A stretch of DNA of 64,000 bases, taken from Octopus vulgaris. Lineage: Eukaryota. The position numbers were made by a program, and so were the translations under genes. Positions 39,630 through 50,830 of this stretch are shown here, piece after piece (the first letter of the stretch is position 1; every line of letters starts with the position of its first letter). The DNA lies in assembly GCA_951406725.2 (NCBI GenBank), contig OX597814.1, positions 20,832,001 to 20,896,000 on the forward strand. The letters are read 5' to 3'. The notes below the pieces were generated by a model that saw only the letters and a program-made list of their open reading frames with translations, ran no database searches and was not told where the DNA came from.

Positions 39630-40219
39630 CTATGGAATAAAAAAAATTATACATTAATATTACAAAAAGAATACTTTTTAAAAAAAAATTTTAATATTTA
39701 TTTTATATAATAAATTATATCAAAAATGAAATATCAATTAGTAACACTAAAATCTGAATTCACTTATATTTATATTTATAGTTTTATTATTAAATGATAA
39801 CATGCAGAAGGCTGGGTCATATTGGTTTGCAATATTTCTCTATAGTAAATTAAAATACAACCAAAGTTAATTTCTCCTTTCATTCCTCCAGAGTGAAAAA
39901 AAAATTCAGTACCAAATATGTACTTGGTTAATGCAATCAACTATATTCCTCTAAAACTTTGTTTATGTACCAATGAGTTAAATCATTAATTGACATTCTT
40001 TGAACACATATCTTCCACTATTAGAAATCAATATAAATCTAGAGTAAATTAAATTATAGCATAAGTATACATGTGTAGACAAAAATGATTCATCAATGTT
40101 GATGTCCACACATCAAAAATAAAGAATATTGATAAAAATTTAATTAGATAATAGTTGTAGGAATTAATTTTTACTTATGTTAAATTATGAATGAATCAAA
40201 ATTCTAAAAAGATACATAC

Positions 40220-40269
40220 CCTCCAGTTGCCAAATTTGAATATTTTTAAAGTTAATCCAATTAAAGCTC
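40220..40269 (-). CDS. SLC9A8: NHE8 exon 4
   Basis: TTTAAG|...|GTATGT; GALIGLTLKIFKFGNWR; phases fit both neighbours. Confidence 0.9.
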
Positions 40270-41059
40270 CTTAAAATAAAAAATAAAATAGAAAAGTAGA
40301 TAAAAATCTGAAAGAAATTTTTTATAATAAATAATAACTTCAAGATAAACATTATTTGAAAACTTAGTTTTTTGAAATGTCTTTTGGTAAGTTTCCTGTG
40401 TATTTTGAAATGGGATATTTTGACAACAATATAATTGCTCACTGAATAATTTGGTGTACACATTCCTTATTACATTTCTTTATATAAACTTTGTCCACAT
40501 GCAACCTTTATGCCTCTCACCTCCTTGAACAGAGATCTCCAAAACACCCTACAATAGGATTTGCACTAACTGCAACAAAATACAGACAATCGTTTTTGTT
40601 TTTACTTGCTGGGGTTGGAGCAAAAGACAGTGACCAAGAGCTTCACAGACCATCTAAGACTGGTGAGATTGGAAATGCTAATGTCCTTCAACACTGCAAG
40701 CAACATGAGCAGGGAGGGAGTTCCAGAGGACCAATGTTCTAAAGAAGGAAGGACTTAGTGTAGTGGTTATGCCAGAGCTTGGTTGGACACAATAAAGATA
40801 AGAAATATGAGAGGATCAGGAATGCCTGAGTAGAAGCAGATGAACCCAGCTACCACTATGGAACAGAAGTCAAATAGCAAGAGGATACATTATACATGAA
40901 AACCAGAGGCTGGGGTTTATCTGTGAGTGAATTTATGTCAGGTAATCAGGTGGTCCTTTTCTGGATGCAGTTGAGGATGTTTGTGTGTCCAGCAGCTGTG
41001 GAAGCAATATTCAATTGTGAGTCATTAGTGACTTTAGGCTCGAGGCCAGGATACCAAGA

Positions 41060-41250
41060 AGCAGACCAATCCAAAAAAGATTGGCATGTAAAAAGTATCC
41101 ACCACACTCACAGAGGGGATGGCATTAGGAAGGGCATCCAGCTGTAGAAACACTGCCAGATCAGACTGGAGCCTGGTGCAATATCCTGGCTTCCCAGACC
41201 CCAGCTGAACCGTCCAACCCATGCCAGCATAGAAAACAGATGTTAAACGA
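41060..41250 (+). mobile_element. RTE 3'-end fragment, opposite orientation
   Basis: ggaagggcatccagctgtagaaac...catgccagcatagaaaacagatgttaaacga; further plus-orientation copies at about 52380-52700 and 56580-56765. Confidence 0.85.
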
Positions 41251-41637
41251 GCTGAAGTATCTTCTGGTTCTGATGAGAAGGGACATTCACTGGGATGCAA
41301 TCCTAGCTATGTTAAGGATGGTTTTTTCACCTGATGATATTGTTGACAAAAACAAAGCTCAGCATTTAAAGCAATTAAGAGGGCTCTAATAGCATGTTGT
41401 GCATGTTTCAGTGGAGTGTAGCATGATGATATGGATAGCACTTGTGCTTTCTTACTGTCAAAAGAGACAAAATTGGCACATCCCCAGAGAAAAGAGAGAA
41501 GATTTTGGAGAATGTTTTTGATAATGGCTGTTTCCATTTTCTTAGACATACTGATAGTATTGGGTTCAGAGGGGTTGCCTTTGTTAGGAATGAGATACGC
41601 TGTAACATGTTTCTAAAGAGTAGATCTGGTGTGGGGG

Positions 41638-41651
41638 GAGAGAGAGAGGGA

Positions 41652-41730
<79 letters not shown>
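41638..41730. repeat. (AG)n microsatellite
   Basis: Directly visible; other microsatellites: (TG)n 1047-1068, (CA)n 25517-25536, (TAAA)n 32962-32985, (ACT)n 34442-34464, (TA)n at about 55600, 61777, 63215, 63391. Confidence 0.98.
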
Positions 41731-41732
<2 letters not shown>

Positions 41733-42577
41733 TGACATTGAAGATTTTGGCAAGTACAGGAGTTAGCTCTGGAGTATAATGTTTGAGGGTAATGGAAGGG
41801 ATATTTTCAGGCCTGGTGACTTTGCTGGTTTGGAGCATCTACAAAGAACCAAAATTTGAACACTTCATATCTGTAAATCAAAATCTGAGCAATCCCTTAG
41901 AATTGCTGAAATTAAGTCAGGGTTTACTTTAAAAAATGACTACAGACAGTTATCTCTAGGGAGATGACTTGAGGAGAATGTTCTATTGTGGGGTTAAAAA
42001 GTTCACTTCATAACCATGTGGTTTCCAGGTTCAAACCCATTGTACAGTACTTCAGGAAGTGTTTTCTTGCTGTGCCTTGGATAGACATATGTTTTGTAGA
42101 ATTTGGTAGATGGGAGCTGGGTAGAAGCCGATCATATAATCTTTTGATGATGTACACCATTGAACCAGATAATATTTCAACCCCCAACAATTTTTAATTC
42201 CACATTACACAACTCAGATGTTGGTAATACTAACAACTCCCACATCTAGGATGGTACTGCTACTTACATTGTCTCGACCACAGTTGAACAATGATGATGA
42301 TGACTGCTACTTACACACATGCACACACACACCTTTGATACTGTTCAGAGAAAAGCCACCAACAAAACCATGCCAGCAAAATAAAATGTATGAGTGAGAT
42401 ATGAACCTCTGACTCATCTCAGGTGGCAGCAACTTCAAATAAGAATGGATTCAGACTGCAACATCCAATCCATGCCAGTATGGAAAGCATACATAAAATG
42501 AGGTGACGATTATGAGTTTATTATAGTTTCAGAATAAGTTAGCGCATTTAATACATAAATATATTTAACATATTTAA

Positions 42578-44433
42578 TGTAGGTAAGATGCACAAATCTG
42601 TTGGGGCCTCGCTTGGTCCTGCCTGAGATGTGAAACCAAATCCACCTACTTAACTTACTGCTTGTCAAAACAAGCGGGGAGGGGGAGGGAGGATCTTTTG
42701 TTTGCATCTCTACACCAGATGATTGATAGAAAATACTTGACTCCTAAGGACCTGTGCTGGTCAAGGAAAGGTCAGTCCTTTCTTTAGGGTTTGACCTATG
42801 TTACTGACCATAGTCTATATAACAGAGAGCATTTCCTATCTATCCCTCTTTTGTGTCAGCCATGACGAAGGAGCAACATCCTCTTTTGTGTCAGTCATGA
42901 CCAAGGAGTAACACTTCCCTTCATCCTACAAAGAGAAGCTTTCAGTGGAAATCAAGAAAGATGATGCCACCTTTATCCTTTGTTCCTTTCTAGTCAGCAC
43001 CGTGCATTCCTTACTCTTTCACTCTCTACTGGCAGACAATAACTTCCACACTATCAACTATCAACCAGCGAGTGAACTTGTGGTCACTGTCACTACAATT
43101 ACTGCTGTCTCTCTAACTACCTGTTGGGTAAACGGATATATATAAGTAAATAATATTTCTTCCTTCTTGGTGTTGATTCTTCGATGTTCTTCACTGGTCA
43201 CTCCGACGTAAGAACCTTCAAGTGTTACATCTACATGCTACATTTGGTAGTCAGCTACATTATATTGACATGATATGGCATGTCACTTCACCTGCTACAA
43301 TTGGTGACTCTGACATGATTCTACATGTTCTATATCCGTTACATCGCACATCATTTTGCTGCATCGCACGACCTCGTGAAAATTATTGCCTCCACTAAAT
43401 GCCCATTACAATTGGTGCCCCACCTCCACTGCAAAGAATTACGTCTATTGATTTTTCATCACACATAATTTCGCTGCATCACATGTCCCCAAGCTAGAAC
43501 TACAGCCGTTGCCTTGTATACTTCCTGCCATTCTGATACACAATTGTCTCTACTTCACCAACTTCATTGCATTTGGAAAATGAAGACATTATTTTTCTGT
43601 GGCTAAATTTTCTATTTCGTTGCTACATTCTGGTGAACCAAGCTCAAGAATTACAGCCTTCACATCAAAGACAAGAATAACAACTTTCACTACATACAGT
43701 TTCCATTTCAGCTGTCACACAACACGAAGAAAAAGAACTCGCTGACACATTGGACACCCACCATGCACTTTCGACCTGCCACAGAATGTACTCCATTATG
43801 TTGCACAGAACCACAAAAAAAACCTCTACAATCAATAAATGCAACATTTCAACAGCCATCCGACCAAAAGCTACCTGGATAAAAATATGGAAGCCCACAC
43901 ATACAACATTTTCCACAGCCACAGATTTTTCAAACACAGTCCTGCATGCCATGTGAACTCTTGTACATAGACTTGAACTTTCTTTGCACACAAATATTTA
44001 CTTATTTCATTCTCTTTTGTTAGCAATACACACTTTCATTTGTTTTTGAATGTTCTATATTTGTATAATATATTTTTTTCTCATTGGCTACTGGCATTGC
44101 ATGCTTTTGCACACGTACAATTCTTTCAAATTCATTGTTTTTTCTCGCTACATGTTTTCTATTTGAATTTCTGCAGTTTCTTTCTTACTATCAACTACCA
44201 ATTAGTGAGTGAACTTGTCACTGTCACTACAATTACTGCTGTCTCTCTAACCACCTATGGGGTAAATGGATAAATATATGTAAATAATATTTCTTCCTTC
44301 TTGGTGTTGATTCTTTGATGTTTTTCACTGGTTACTCTGATGTGAGAACCTTCAAGTGTTACATCTACATGCTACATTTGGTAGTCAGCTTCATCATATC
44401 AATATGATATAGCATGTCACTTCAGCCGCTACA
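42578..44433 (+). mobile_element. LTR retrotransposon remnant (5' LTR, PBS, deleted interior, partial 3' LTR)
   Basis: TGTAG...CTACA 42578-43299 followed by the PBS-like TGGTGACTCTGAC; 43050-43299 is repeated at 44187-44433. Confidence 0.7.
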
Positions 44434-44505
44434 AATCTACTATCAAAGATTCTGAAACTAATAAATAATACAGTGTGAAAATTACTAGGAAAATAATTTG
44501 CTTAC

Positions 44506-44586
44506 CTATAAGAACTATAACAATACTTTCAGGAACATAATGGAAATCAGTCTGGATTAAACTATGCACCAAGAGGATACAGATAG
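44506..44586 (-). CDS. SLC9A8: NHE8 exon 3
   Basis: TTATAG|...|GTAAG; AICILLVHSLIQTDFHYVPESIVIVLI (NHE PES motif). Confidence 0.95.
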
Positions 44587-44726
44587 CTATAAAAGATAGA
44601 AAATTTTTAACATTAGCATGTAGTTGCATATTAATAACATACACATACACAAAATATATAAAATGGTAGAAATAAGTACTTAAAAATGTTTTAGATTCAA
44701 ATCAGTTTGGAAAATATCTAACATAC

Positions 44727-44875
44727 CAATTACTAATAGGATGAAAAAAATTGTTAAGCTGCTATGATGTTCTTCTTCAGCAGATCCCTTCACAGGAAGA
44801 TCCTCAAGTGTCATAACTTTTGTGGTTGAAGGCTTGCTTGTTGTAGTGTTTGGTGTCAGTGTTTCATTTAGCGAG
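44727..44875 (-). CDS. SLC9A8: NHE8 exon 2
   Basis: TTGTAG|...|GTATGT; SLNETLTPNTTTSKPSTTKVMTLEDLPVKGSAEEEHHSSLTIFFILLVI resembles the NHE8 EEQSSGMTIFFSLLVL segment. Confidence 0.9.
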
Positions 44876-46520
44876 CTACAAAATAAATAAACAGTAAAAA
44901 GAAAAGAAGGATTTAATATTTTAAACCTGTTTTCATATTAAGAACCCACATGCAATCAATAAATGAAATTCTAGCAAAAACAATAAAGAAAATATTTATT
45001 TTGGTAGAGATTATAGTTGCTAGTAATTTAAATAATGTCCAGAATGGCAGAACCAGCTGGTATGATGGACAAAATACCTTGTAACATGTAATTAAGACCC
45101 TTTGTGTTCTGAGTTCAAATCACACTAAGCTTACAAGATTAATAAAGTAAATTTCAGTCAAACAGGTCATGAGGATGACGTAACTGCTTCCTTCTTCAAT
45201 GTTTACTGATTTGTGTCTATGTTAAATATCAGTAACTCAATGTACAAAGATACCATTATTTAGTTCATTAATTTGATGTAAAGTCTCTTGTCACAACACT
45301 GTGCTTCTAGAGGATATATAACACTGTGTGCATCATTTTTTCAAAAATTTATTCAAAAGAAAGAGTTGTGCCATAGCCTTTATTGAATCTTTGAGAATTG
45401 TGAGCTCATCATGGTTAATATTATTCTTGTATATCATAAAAACCCATGTAATTTATGCACTTTTTCTGCAATAATAAAAATAAACTTTAGGGGTTGTGTA
45501 AATTACATGAGTAGATTGTTTCCAGAATTTTTTTTGCTATTGGAAACATTCGTACTGGAAGTTGACTCATTTAATATCAGAATAGGTTTTTACAGAAAAA
45601 AAATAGTGGCTTAAATATAATGAAGTTGACTTTTATTTATGCTGGATGGTGTAATGCTTACTTTTTCTGTATAAATTTACTAAAATTATTAAATGGTCAG
45701 CTACTTTTTGAAGTCTGACATTCATGCAGCTAAATACGGTCCGGGCCATACTTTACACTGTTTGGAGTTTCTACCTATTGCAATGGAGCACCATTGACAT
45801 ACATGGATATTCCTGAATGAAAAAAAAATGTAATGATATGGATAATCTTGATTGTATGTTTTGATTTTTGTCTGTTTACTACTAGGCACAGTTTTAAGTT
45901 TGTCGTACTGTTTACACCAATTTTGAACATTAGCTTCATCAACATCAACATGCCTTCCAGCAGCTCTACTGCCATGTTCAAATGCATATTCAACATATTT
46001 AATTTCTCCTTCGCAGTAAACAATTCATAAGTTCTGACAATAACAGCCATGACAAACTTTTAAGTTTGCTTGACATTTTATAAGTATGAAAGGGATTAAA
46101 ATTTTGATACTCCGTATTAAAGGTTCCAACAAGAATAGGCGGAAAAGAATTTTGTCTACATAATAAGTTGAGTAAAGTGTCATCCAAGCTGATGTTTATT
46201 GGTAATTAAACTTAATTTGCTACACCTGTGTATATTTATCAGCTTTGTTTTTGTTGATAATTCCTATCAACAACTTTTCCTGTGATCATGATTTGAGAAG
46301 ACATACAGCAGTATGCTAAAGATCGGACATAATCACTTGTGGGCAAGAAATGTAAATCATCATCATCATTTAACGTCCGCTTTCCATGCTAGCATGGGTT
46401 GGACGGTTCAACTGGGGTCTGGGGAGCCCGAAGGATGCACCAGGCCAGTCAGATCTGGCAGTGTTTCTACAGCTGGATGCCCTTCCTAACGCCAACCACT
46501 CCGAGAGTGTAGTGGGTGAT

Positions 46521-48646
46521 TTTATGTGCCACCGACACAGGTGCCAGACGAGGCTGGCGAACGGCCACGCTCGGATGGTGTTTTTATGTGCCACCGACAC
46601 AGGTGCCAGACGAGGCTGGCGAACGGCCACGCTCGGATGGTGTTTTTATGTGCCACCGACACAGGTGCCAGACGAGGCTGACGAACGGCCACGATCGGAT
46701 GGTGTTTCTTACGTGCCCACAGCACGGAAGCCAGTCGATGCGGAACTGGCTACGGCCACGTTCGGATGGTTTTCTTGTGTGCCACCGGCACTGGTACCAC
46801 AAAGATACAAATTCCATTGATGTTCATCTATTTTGATTTGATTTGATTTGATTTTGATTTTCACTTGCCTCAACAGGTCTTCACAAGTGTCACAAGAAGG
46901 AAGGAAGGTATGCACAGGTGAACTGACAACGTCCCAGGTAGGGGCCACGGGTTATGGCCTGACTAGTCTTGCCGGGTCTTCGGATGATGTTTTTATGTGT
47001 CTCCGACACAGGTGCCAGATGGATGGTGTTTGTTACGTGCCCACAGCACGGAGGCCAGTCGATGCGGTACTGGCTACGGCCACGTTCGGATGGTTTTCTT
47101 GTGTGCCATCGGCACTGGTACCACAAAAATACAAATTCCATTGATGTTCATCTATTTTGATTTGATTTTATTTGATTTGATCACTTGTCTCAACAGGTCT
47201 TCACAAGTGTCACAAGAAGGAAGGTATGCACAGGTGGACTGACTACGTCCCAAGTAGAGGCCACGGGTTATGGCCTGACTAGTCTTGCCGGGTCTTCGGA
47301 TGGTGTTTTTATGTGCCACCGACACAGGTGCCAGATGAGGCTGGCGAACGGCCACGATCGGATGGTGTTTGTTATGAGCCCACAGCACAGAGGCCAGTCG
47401 ATGCGGTACTGGCTACGGCCATGTTCGGATGGTTATCTTGTGTGCCACCGGCCCTGGTACCACAAAGATACAAATTCCATTGATGTTCATCTATTTTGAT
47501 TTGTTTTGATTTGATCACTTGCCTCAACAGGTCTTCACAAGTGTCACAAGAAGGAAGGTATGCACAGGCGGACTGACTACGTCCCAGGTAGGGGCCACGG
47601 GTTATGGCCTGACTAGTCTTGCCGGGTCTTCAGATGGTGTTTTTATGTGCCACCAACACAGGTGCCTGATGAGGCTGGCGAACGGACATGATCGGATGGT
47701 GTTTGTTACGTGCCCACAGCACGGAGGCCAGTCGATGCAGTACTGGCTACGGCCACGTTCGGATTGTTTTCTTGTGTGCCACCGGCACTGGTACCATAAA
47801 GATACAAATTCCATTGATGTTCATCTATTTTATTTTGATTTTCACTTTCACTTGCCTCAAAAGGTCTTCACAAGTGTCACAAGAAGGAAGGTATGCACAG
47901 GTGGACTGACTACGTCCCAGGTTGGGGCCACGGATTATGGCCTGACTAGTCTTGCCGGGTCTTCGGATGGTGTTTTTATGTGCCACCGACACAGGTGCCG
48001 GATGAGGCTGGCGAACGGCCACGATCGGATGGTGTTTGTTACGTGCCCACAGCACGGAGGCCAGTCGATGCAGTACTGGCTACGGCCACGTTCGGATGGT
48101 TTTCTTGTGTGCCACCGGCACTGGTACCACAAAGATACAAATTCCATTGATATTCATCTATTTCGATTTGTTTTGATTTTTTGATTTTTTTGATTTTCAC
48201 TTGCCTCAACAGGTCTTCACAAGTGTCACAAGAAGGGAGGTATGCACAGGTGAACTGACTACGTCCCAGGTAGGGGCCACGGGTTATGGCCTGACTAGTC
48301 TTGCCGGGTCTTCGGATGGTGTCTTTATGTGCCACCGACACAGGTGCCAGATGAGGCTGGCGAACGGCCACGATCGGATGGTGTGTTTGCTATGTGCCCA
48401 CAGCACGGAGGCCAGTCGATGCGGTACTGGCTATGGCCACGTTCGGATGGTTTTCTTGTGTGCCACCGGCACTGGTACCATAAAGATACAAATTCCATTG
48501 ATGTTCATCTATTTTATTTTGATTTTCACTTTCACTTGCCTCAAAAGGTCTTCACAAGTGTCACAAGAAGGAAGGTATGCACAGGCGGACTGACTACGTC
48601 CCAGGTAGGGGCCACGGGTTATGGCCTGACTACTCTTGCCGGGTCT
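46521..48646. repeat. nested tandem array: 3 x 62 bp plus 6 x about 334 bp units derived from the LINE stop codon and 3'UTR
   Basis: Marker CAAMAGGTCTTCACAAG at 46871, 47191, 47525, 47858, 48207, 48542; 62-bp units at 46521, 46583, 46645. Confidence 0.97.
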
Positions 48647-49700
48647 TCTCACGCACAGCATACTTCCATAGGTCTCGGTCTCTAGTCATTTCCTTGGTGA
48701 GACCTAAAGTTCGAAGGTCGTGCTTCACCACCTCGTCCCAGGTTTTCCTGGGTCTACCTCTTCCACAGGTTCCCTCAACTGCTAGGGTGTAGCACTTTTG
48801 CACACAACTATCTACAGCCATTCTCGTCACATGACCATACCAGCGCAGCCGTCTCTCTTGCACACCACAATTGACGCTTCTTAGGTTCAACTTTTCTCTC
48901 AAGGTACTTACACTCTGACGATTATGAACACTGACATTACACATCCATCGGAGCATACTGGCTTCATTTCTTGCAAGCTTACGCATATCCTCAGCAGTCA
49001 CGGCCCATGTTTCACTACCATGTAGCATGGCTGTACGTACACATGCATCATACAGTCTGCCTTTTACTCTGAGCGAGAGGCCTTTTGTCACCAGCAGGGG
49101 TAAGAGCTCCCTAAACTTTGCCCAAGCTATTCTTACTCTAGCAGTTACACTTTCAGCACACCCACCCCCGCTACTGACTTGGTCTCCTAGGTAGCGGAAG
49201 CTATCAACTACTTCTAGTTTGTCTCCCTGGAACGTGGTAGAAGTTGGTCTCTGCACATTTCCAGTGTTTATTGCTCCTGAGCATCTGCCACAGACAAAAA
49301 CTATTTTCCTAGTTAGCCTTCCTTTGACATTGCTGCACCTCTTATGTGTCCATAGCTTACACTTGGTGCACCTTATAGAGTTTCTACCTACACCTTTTTT
49401 ACAGATCGAGCAGGGCCATCTACCTGAAGTCGTTTGTGATTGGTCCACCTTCCTACTTATTAGGACTTTGGTTTTGGCTAGGTTGATTCTAAGGCCCTTC
49501 GATTCTAATCCTTGTTTCCACACCTGAAACTTCTCCTCCAGTTCTGATAGTGACTCAGCAATTAGAGCAAGGTCGTCAGCATAGAGGAGCTCCCAGGGGC
49601 ATCCTGTCTTGAATTCCTCCGTTATTGCCTGGAGGACTATGATAAATAGGAGGGGACTGAGGACTGAACCTTGGTGGACCCCAACCTCTACCCGGAATTC
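48630..49700 (-). pseudogene. RTE reverse transcriptase C-terminal half with embedded PHD-type finger (5'-truncated)
   Basis: ORF track 48630..49715; LINE similarity starts at EFRVEVGVHQG (about 49700). Confidence 0.9.
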
Positions 49701-50079
49701 AAACAACACAAACACTTTGTAATTTAATAGCTTTCAATGTGATACCTGTTAAATAGAAATCATTTTTATTTAATGAAAATTGAATAAAACCTAATCATAA
49801 GTAAGTGAATTTATGCTAAATACAACTAAATTGAAAACCTTTTTCCTCTGGCTATACCGGCAATTCTGAAAACTTTTGAGTGTGAGTTTTACAGGAGTTG
49901 AAGCTTTTTTTAACAAAATTCATCTTGAAAATCACCTGCATAAATTACACAGGTTCGCAAATTACATGGGTTTTTACAGTAGTTGTAAGGTTACTGCAGT
50001 AGTGTGTATGTGGATTTTAGAGGGTTGAAGTCCGAGGTGTAGTGGTGGACACAGAGCCTGAAAGGTGTGAGTGAAGCGG

Positions 50080-50830
50080 ACATGATATGGGTAACAGAAG
50101 AAAATTAGTTGAAAGTGCCTTAGTGGAGGAGGCATGAAACCAGCCAGCTGCAAGGAGGGGCGGCTACAATAGTAATGTTAGAAAAAGTATAAAGAGACAA
50201 CATGACTGTGGAATGTATTGGTGAGCAACTTTATCTCAAACCACATTAATTTTTGATGTGGTTTAAGATGTCATCCATATGTAAGACAGCATCACTGTCC
50301 CAAATATGGGAACAGTACATCATTGCATGTTTCACTTGAGCTTTGTAGAAAGTTAATAACTGTTAGGGATTGAAGTTTTTCTGGCTTTGAAGAGGAAAGC
50401 TAGTTTTTATGATGCAGTCTTTGTTATGTTGAGGATATGCCTTTGAGAGAGAGATCCTTAGAGATAGAGAAATCTAGCATTGGTAGCAACCTTGAGCATT
50501 TTGGCTGTGTGCTGTTCATGTTTCACGGGCGGGGCATTATTGTCTTCTTAACAGATGTAGTGATTGTGTCTCTGTACTGTCGGAAGTGACAAGATTAGCA
50601 AATCATTGTTGGAAAATATTTCCAAGGTCTCTACTTATGGAGTTAGTGCAGATTTTGGTGTGTATTCTTTAGTTTGCATTTGGATGATGTTTAGAGAAAG
50701 AAGGTTAGGAAGGAATGAAGTACAGTACCTTATGTTATTGGGAATGATAGCAAATAGGTCATTGGTATATAAAAGAAGAGTGTGAGTTGCAAAACTGAAT
50801 CTTGGGGCATACCAAGGGTGATAGAGTGTA
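50080..50830 (-). mobile_element. highly decayed CR1/L2-group LINE fragment
   Basis: GMPQDSVLQLTLF and LLTFYKAQVKHAMMYCSHIW remnants. Confidence 0.7.

Larger units (their letters stand above)
40760..41840 (-). mobile_element. highly decayed CR1/L2-group LINE fragment interrupted by an RTE tail and an (AG)n tract
   Basis: PENIPSITLKHYTPELTPVLAKIFN, WGCANFVSFDSKK, LNCIQKRT remnants. Confidence 0.65.
46358..49700 (-). mobile_element. young 5'-truncated RTE-clade LINE with tandemly amplified 3'UTR and (ATG)n tail
   Basis: Uninterrupted ORF to stop at 48630 with RT motifs GVHQGSVLSPLLF, YADD, FRYLG, RLRWYGHV, GRGRPRKTW; CpGs retained; (CAT)n tail 46358-46369. Confidence 0.95.

Noticed and set aside
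41442-41838. ER-repeat and LS-repeat ORFs
   Set aside because: Translations of the (AG)n microsatellite
46521-48646. CRISPR-like repeat array next to a reverse transcriptase
   Set aside because: Units are full-length near-identical copies with no unique spacers; they derive from the LINE 3'UTR; eukaryotic context with no cas genes
46370-48792. Many overlapping ORFs, including the 221-aa ORF 47519..48184
   Set aside because: By-products of GC-richer tandem repeats; frames are broken by unit-length variation; no protein motifs
46340-49720. Target-site duplication around the young RTE
   Set aside because: The flanks (aagaaatgtaaat vs aaacaacacaaac) do not match
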